Source: Cardiobacteriaceae bacterium
GTDB lineage: Bacteria; Pseudomonadota; Gammaproteobacteria; Cardiobacteriales; Cardiobacteriaceae
DNA length: 23,489 nt
NCBI GenBank assembly: GCA_030532785.1
Contig: JAUNKJ010000012.1
Span: forward strand, 1 to 23,489
Reading direction: 5' to 3'
The position numbers and the translations under genes were made by a program. Positions 20,823 through 23,489 of this stretch are shown here, one piece after another. The notes under the pieces were generated by a model. The model saw only the letters and a program-made list of their open reading frames with translations. It did not search any database and had not been told where the DNA came from. The first letter of the stretch is position 1. Each line of letters starts with the position of its first letter.

Positions 20823-20838
20823 TTTTTCATAAAAACAG

Positions 20839-20925
20839 TAAAAATAGTCGATTTTTACCACCATGAAGCGCTTATTGTGAGAAATTTTTGCACAGTAAGC
20901 GCTTTGCGGTGGGAAAATTTCCCAT
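20839..20925. repeat. Copy F (long form) of the modular palindromic element
   Basis: AAAAATAGTCGATTTTTACCACCATGAAGCGCTTATTGTGAGAAATTTTTGCACAGTAAGCGCTTTGCGGTGGGAAAATTTCCCA. Confidence 0.65.
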
Positions 20926-20949
20926 TGCAACAAAAAATCCACCGCGCGC

Positions 20950-20978
20950 TTGCACAAAGCGCAGGTCACGCGTAAAAT
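20950..20978 (+). promoter_or_regulatory. Sigma70-type promoter for rpsO-pnp (TTGCAC-17-TAAAAT)
   Basis: -35 TTGCAC at 20950-20955, an exact 17-nt spacer, -10 TAAAAT at 20973-20978, about 55 nt upstream of the rpsO ATG. Confidence 0.55.
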
Positions 20979-21036
20979 CGCGCGCTTTCGCCTTGAGCCA
21001 CAGCCATCGGTCCATGCGCAAAAACCGGAGTTAAAA

Positions 21037-21303
21037 ATGTTAACCGTTGAACAAAAGCAAGAAATCATCAAAAAATACCAGCGCGCCGAAGGCGACACCG
21101 GCTCTGCGGAAGTTCAGATCGCGCTTCTGACCGCCCGCATTCTCGACCTGCAAAACCACTTCGCGAGCCACAAAAAAGACTTTCACTCGCGCCGTGGCCT
21201 GCTGAAAATGGTCAGCAGCCGTCGTCGTCTCCTCGACTACCTCAAGCGCACCAATTTCGAATCCTACCGCAGCCTCATCGCTGACCTCGGCCTGCGCCGC
21301 TAA
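21037..21303 (+). CDS. rpsO: 30S ribosomal protein S15
   Basis: 89 aa. [71 protein letters not shown]... GGAG lies 7 nt upstream of ATG 21037. The track ORF starts further upstream at 20950. Confidence 0.95.
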   Translation: MLTVEQKQEIIKKYQRAEGDTGSAEVQIALLTARILDLQNHFASHKKDFHSRRGLLKMVSSRRRLLDYLKRTNFESYRSLIADLGLRR

Positions 21304-21323
21304 TCATTTTCGGGAAAACAGAC

Positions 21324-23396
21324 GTGAAACACACGAGCACTTTCGCTTACGGGCCGCATCAGGTCACACTGGAAAGCGGCGAGATCGCCCGTCAGGCCGA
21401 CGGTGCCGTGATCGTCAACATGGACGACACGGTGGTCATGGTGACTGCCGTGGCGCGCCGCGAGGTTGCCGACGGCCAGGACTTCTTCCCCCTCACCGTC
21501 GATTACCAGGAAAAAGGCTACGCCGCAGGCAAGATTCCCGGCGGCTACTTCAAGCGCGAAGGGCGTCCCAGCGAAGCGGAAATCCTCGTCTCGCGCCTGA
21601 TTGACCGCCCCATCCGCCCGCTCTTCCCCGAAGGTTTCTTCAACGAAATCCAGATTATCGCCACCGTTATCTCGCACAACCCGGCAGTCAGCGCCGACAT
21701 CCCGGCGATGATTGGTGCCTCTGCCGCCCTGAAACTGGCAGGCGTACCCTTTGCCGGCCCCATCGGTGCGGCGCGTGTCGGTTACATCAATGGCGAATAT
21801 GTGCTGAATCCCTCGGAAAAAGCGCTCAAGAAATCCAAACTCGACCTCGTCGTCGCCGGTACGGAACAGGCAGTGCTGATGGTCGAATCGCAAGCCGACG
21901 AATTGCCGGAAGACGTCATGCTCGGTGCTGTCATGTTCGGCCATGCGCAAATGCAGACCGTGATTGCCGCCATCAACGACTTTGCCGCCAAGGCTGGCAA
22001 GCCCGCGTGGAACTGGCAGGCTCCGGCACGCGATGGCGCGCTTGACGACAAAATCCACGCCCTCTACGGCGCGCGTCTTTCTGCCGCCTATCAAATCGCC
22101 GACAAGCAGGATCGCCAACAGGCCGTTGGCGACATCCGCCGCGAAGCGGAAGAAACGCTCGCCAGCGATGACGGCTGGAGCGCCAAACTCGTCGGACAAT
22201 ATGTGCACGACCTCGAATACCGCACCGTGCGCGACCGCATCCTCGCCAACGAACCGCGCATCGACGGCCGCGACACCACCACGGTGCGCCCGATCAGCGT
22301 GCGCACCGGCGTATTGCCGCGCGCCCACGGTTCAGCGCTCTTTACCCGTGGCGAAACCCAGGCGCTGGTGGTTACCACCCTCGGCACCGGGCGCGACGCG
22401 CAACTGCTCGACACCCTGAACGGCGAAGTCAAAGACGGCTTCATGTTCCACTACAATTTCCCGCCGTTTTCCGTCGGCGAAACCGGGCGCTTCGGCTCGC
22501 CCAAGCGTCGCGAAATCGGCCACGGCCGCCTGGCGCGTCGCGGGGTTGAAGCCGTCCTGCCTGCTGAAAAAGACTTCCCCTACATCCTGCGCGTGGTCAG
22601 CGAAATCACCGAATCCAACGGCTCCAGCTCGATGGCTTCCGTGTGCGGCAGCAGTCTGGCGCTGATGGACGCGGGCGTGCCGGTCAAGGCACCCGTTGCC
22701 GGTATCGCCATGGGACTCATCAAGGAAGGCGAGCGCTTCGCAGTACTCACCGACATCCTTGGTGACGAAGACCACCTCGGCGACATGGACTTCAAGGTCG
22801 CAGGCACCGCCAACGGCGTTACCGCCCTGCAAATGGACATCAAAATCGACGGCATCACCCGCGACATCATGGAACAGGCGCTCAAGCAAGCCAATGCCGG
22901 CCGTCTGCACATCCTCGCGGTGATGAACGAGGCGATTGCCGCGCCGCGCGCTGAACTCTCGGAATACGCGCCGCGCTTCTCCACCATCCGCATCCATCCT
23001 GACAAAATCAAGGATGTCATCGGCAAGGGCGGGGCAACCATCCGTCAGATCACCGAAGAAAGCGGCGCGACTATCGACATCGCCGATGACGGCACTATCA
23101 AGATTGCCGCCGTGGACAAGGACGCTGCCGACAACGCGCGCCGCATGATCGAAGAAATCACCATGGAGCCGGAAGTCGGCCGCATCTACAGCGGCAAGGT
23201 GACGAAAATCACCGACTTCGGTGCCTTCGTCAACTTCCTCCCCGGCAAAGAAGGCCTGGTGCACATTTCGCAAATCGCCGACTACCGCGTCGCCGACGTG
23301 CGTGACGAACTGAGCGAAGGCCAGGAAGTGAAAGTCAAACTGATTGAAGTCGACCGCCAGGGGCGTGTGCGCCTGTCGATCAAGGATGCGAGATAA
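21324..23396 (+). CDS. pnp: Polynucleotide phosphorylase (polyribonucleotide nucleotidyltransferase)
   Basis: 690 aa. Two RNase PH-like domains, then KH ([15 protein letters not shown]) and S1 ([29 protein letters not shown]) domains. GTG start at 21324, by N-terminal alignment logic to canonical PNPases (E. coli pnp uses a non-ATG start). Only 20 nt separate it from the rpsO stop. Confidence 0.95.
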   Translation: MKHTSTFAYGPHQVTLESGEIARQADGAVIVNMDDTVVMVTAVARREVADGQDFFPLTVDYQEKGYAAGKIPGGYFKREGRPSEAEILVSRLIDRPIRPLFPEGFFNEIQIIATVISHNPAVSADIPAMIGASAALKLAGVPFAGPIGAARVGYINGEYVLNPSEKALKKSKLDLVVAGTEQAVLMVESQADELPEDVMLGAVMFGHAQMQTVIAAINDFAAKAGKPAWNWQAPARDGALDDKIHALYGARLSAAYQIADKQDRQQAVGDIRREAEETLASDDGWSAKLVGQYVHDLEYRTVRDRILANEPRIDGRDTTTVRPISVRTGVLPRAHGSALFTRGETQALVVTTLGTGRDAQLLDTLNGEVKDGFMFHYNFPPFSVGETGRFGSPKRREIGHGRLARRGVEAVLPAEKDFPYILRVVSEITESNGSSSMASVCGSSLALMDAGVPVKAPVAGIAMGLIKEGERFAVLTDILGDEDHLGDMDFKVAGTANGVTALQMDIKIDGITRDIMEQALKQANAGRLHILAVMNEAIAAPRAELSEYAPRFSTIRIHPDKIKDVIGKGGATIRQITEESGATIDIADDGTIKIAAVDKDAADNARRMIEEITMEPEVGRIYSGKVTKITDFGAFVNFLPGKEGLVHISQIADYRVADVRDELSEGQEVKVKLIEVDRQGRVRLSIKDAR

Positions 23397-23438
23397 CAGA
23401 CAGCAATAAACCGGTTTTACCCAAGTTTTTACACTTTC

Positions 23439-23489
23439 GGAGAGATGGCAGAGTGGTCGAATGCGCACGCCTGGAAAGTGTGTATACGT
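23439..23489 (+). tRNA. tRNA-Ser (anticodon GGA), 5' portion only; cut by the window end
   Basis: GGAGAGATGGCAGAGTGGTCGAATGCGCACGCCTGGAAAGTGTGTATACGT. The acceptor and D-arm with GAGTGG, and the anticodon loop CTGGAAA with the long variable arm beginning, closely match bacterial serX-type tRNA-Ser(GGA). Confidence 0.7.

Noticed and set aside
551-20925. Whether the seven palindromic repeat copies could be a CRISPR array or a regulon of operator sites
   Set aside because: Copies are kilobases apart, variable in length and orientation, with no spacer periodicity and no cas genes, so this is not CRISPR. Location at nearly every gene 3' end, rather than in promoters, argues against a simple regulon. 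They are treated as a dispersed MITE/REP-like family.
19182-21098. Minus-strand 638-aa ORF opposite dctM, repeat F and the rpsO promoter
   Set aside because: Asp/Glu/His/Gly-rich low-complexity mirror of the hydrophobic permease codons. It crosses an intergenic repeat and a promoter.
1-23489. Integrase, transposase or prophage genes that would define a classical genomic island
   Set aside because: None is recognisable in any frame. The accessory character of the 8.3-15.3 kb segment is inferred only from gene content and repeat bracketing.

Overview
This is a high-GC (roughly 60-65%), strongly GC3-biased chromosomal segment that looks betaproteobacterial from its gene content. Housekeeping genes are interleaved with an accessory stretch. 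Called on the + strand unless noted: (1) a 3'-truncated PepSY-domain secreted protein with an Asp/Arg-repeat tail (- strand); (2) a roughly 980-aa fused FAD-linked oxidase plus 4Fe-4S/CCG oxidoreductase with YdiJ-like architecture; (3) a membrane-stress / membrane-microdomain supercluster: a DUF2170(YjfI)-like protein with a Lys/Ala-rich N-terminal tail, a PspA/IM30(YjfJ)-like protein, a YqiJ-like NfeD-type membrane protein and a YqiK-like flotillin; (4) a Phd/YefM-VapC(PIN) toxin-antitoxin pair; (5) a signal-peptide-bearing ankyrin-repeat protein; (6) a 1761-aa protein with one dynein/MoxR-type (AAA_5-like) ATPase module near its C-terminus, a long Ala/Leu/Gln/Arg/Glu-rich helical middle and a distinct N-terminal domain of about 450 aa. 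I regard this as the most likely uncharacterised system in the window. Downstream lie (7) polA (- strand); (8) a LOG/TIGR00730-family protein translationally coupled to TRAP dctQ-dctM with no dctP in the window; (9) the rpsO-pnp pair; (10) the 5' half of a tRNA-Ser(GGA) at the window end. Nearly every intergenic space is occupied by one of three short repeat families. The first is a modular AT-flanked palindromic element of about 50-100 bp (7 copies) that sits exactly at gene 3' ends and sometimes supplies the stop codon and a Lys-Lys tail. The second is a GTAG-headed REP-like family (a BIME-like cluster at 3.7-4.0 kb plus one copy downstream of polA). The third is a set of C-rich CCCTCCCC...GGGGAGGG hairpins. 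No CRISPR array, transposase or integrase is visible. Long stop-free antisense ORFs, including one of 5.6 kb, are GC3 mirror artefacts. Family assignments are from motif recognition by eye only; no searches were run.
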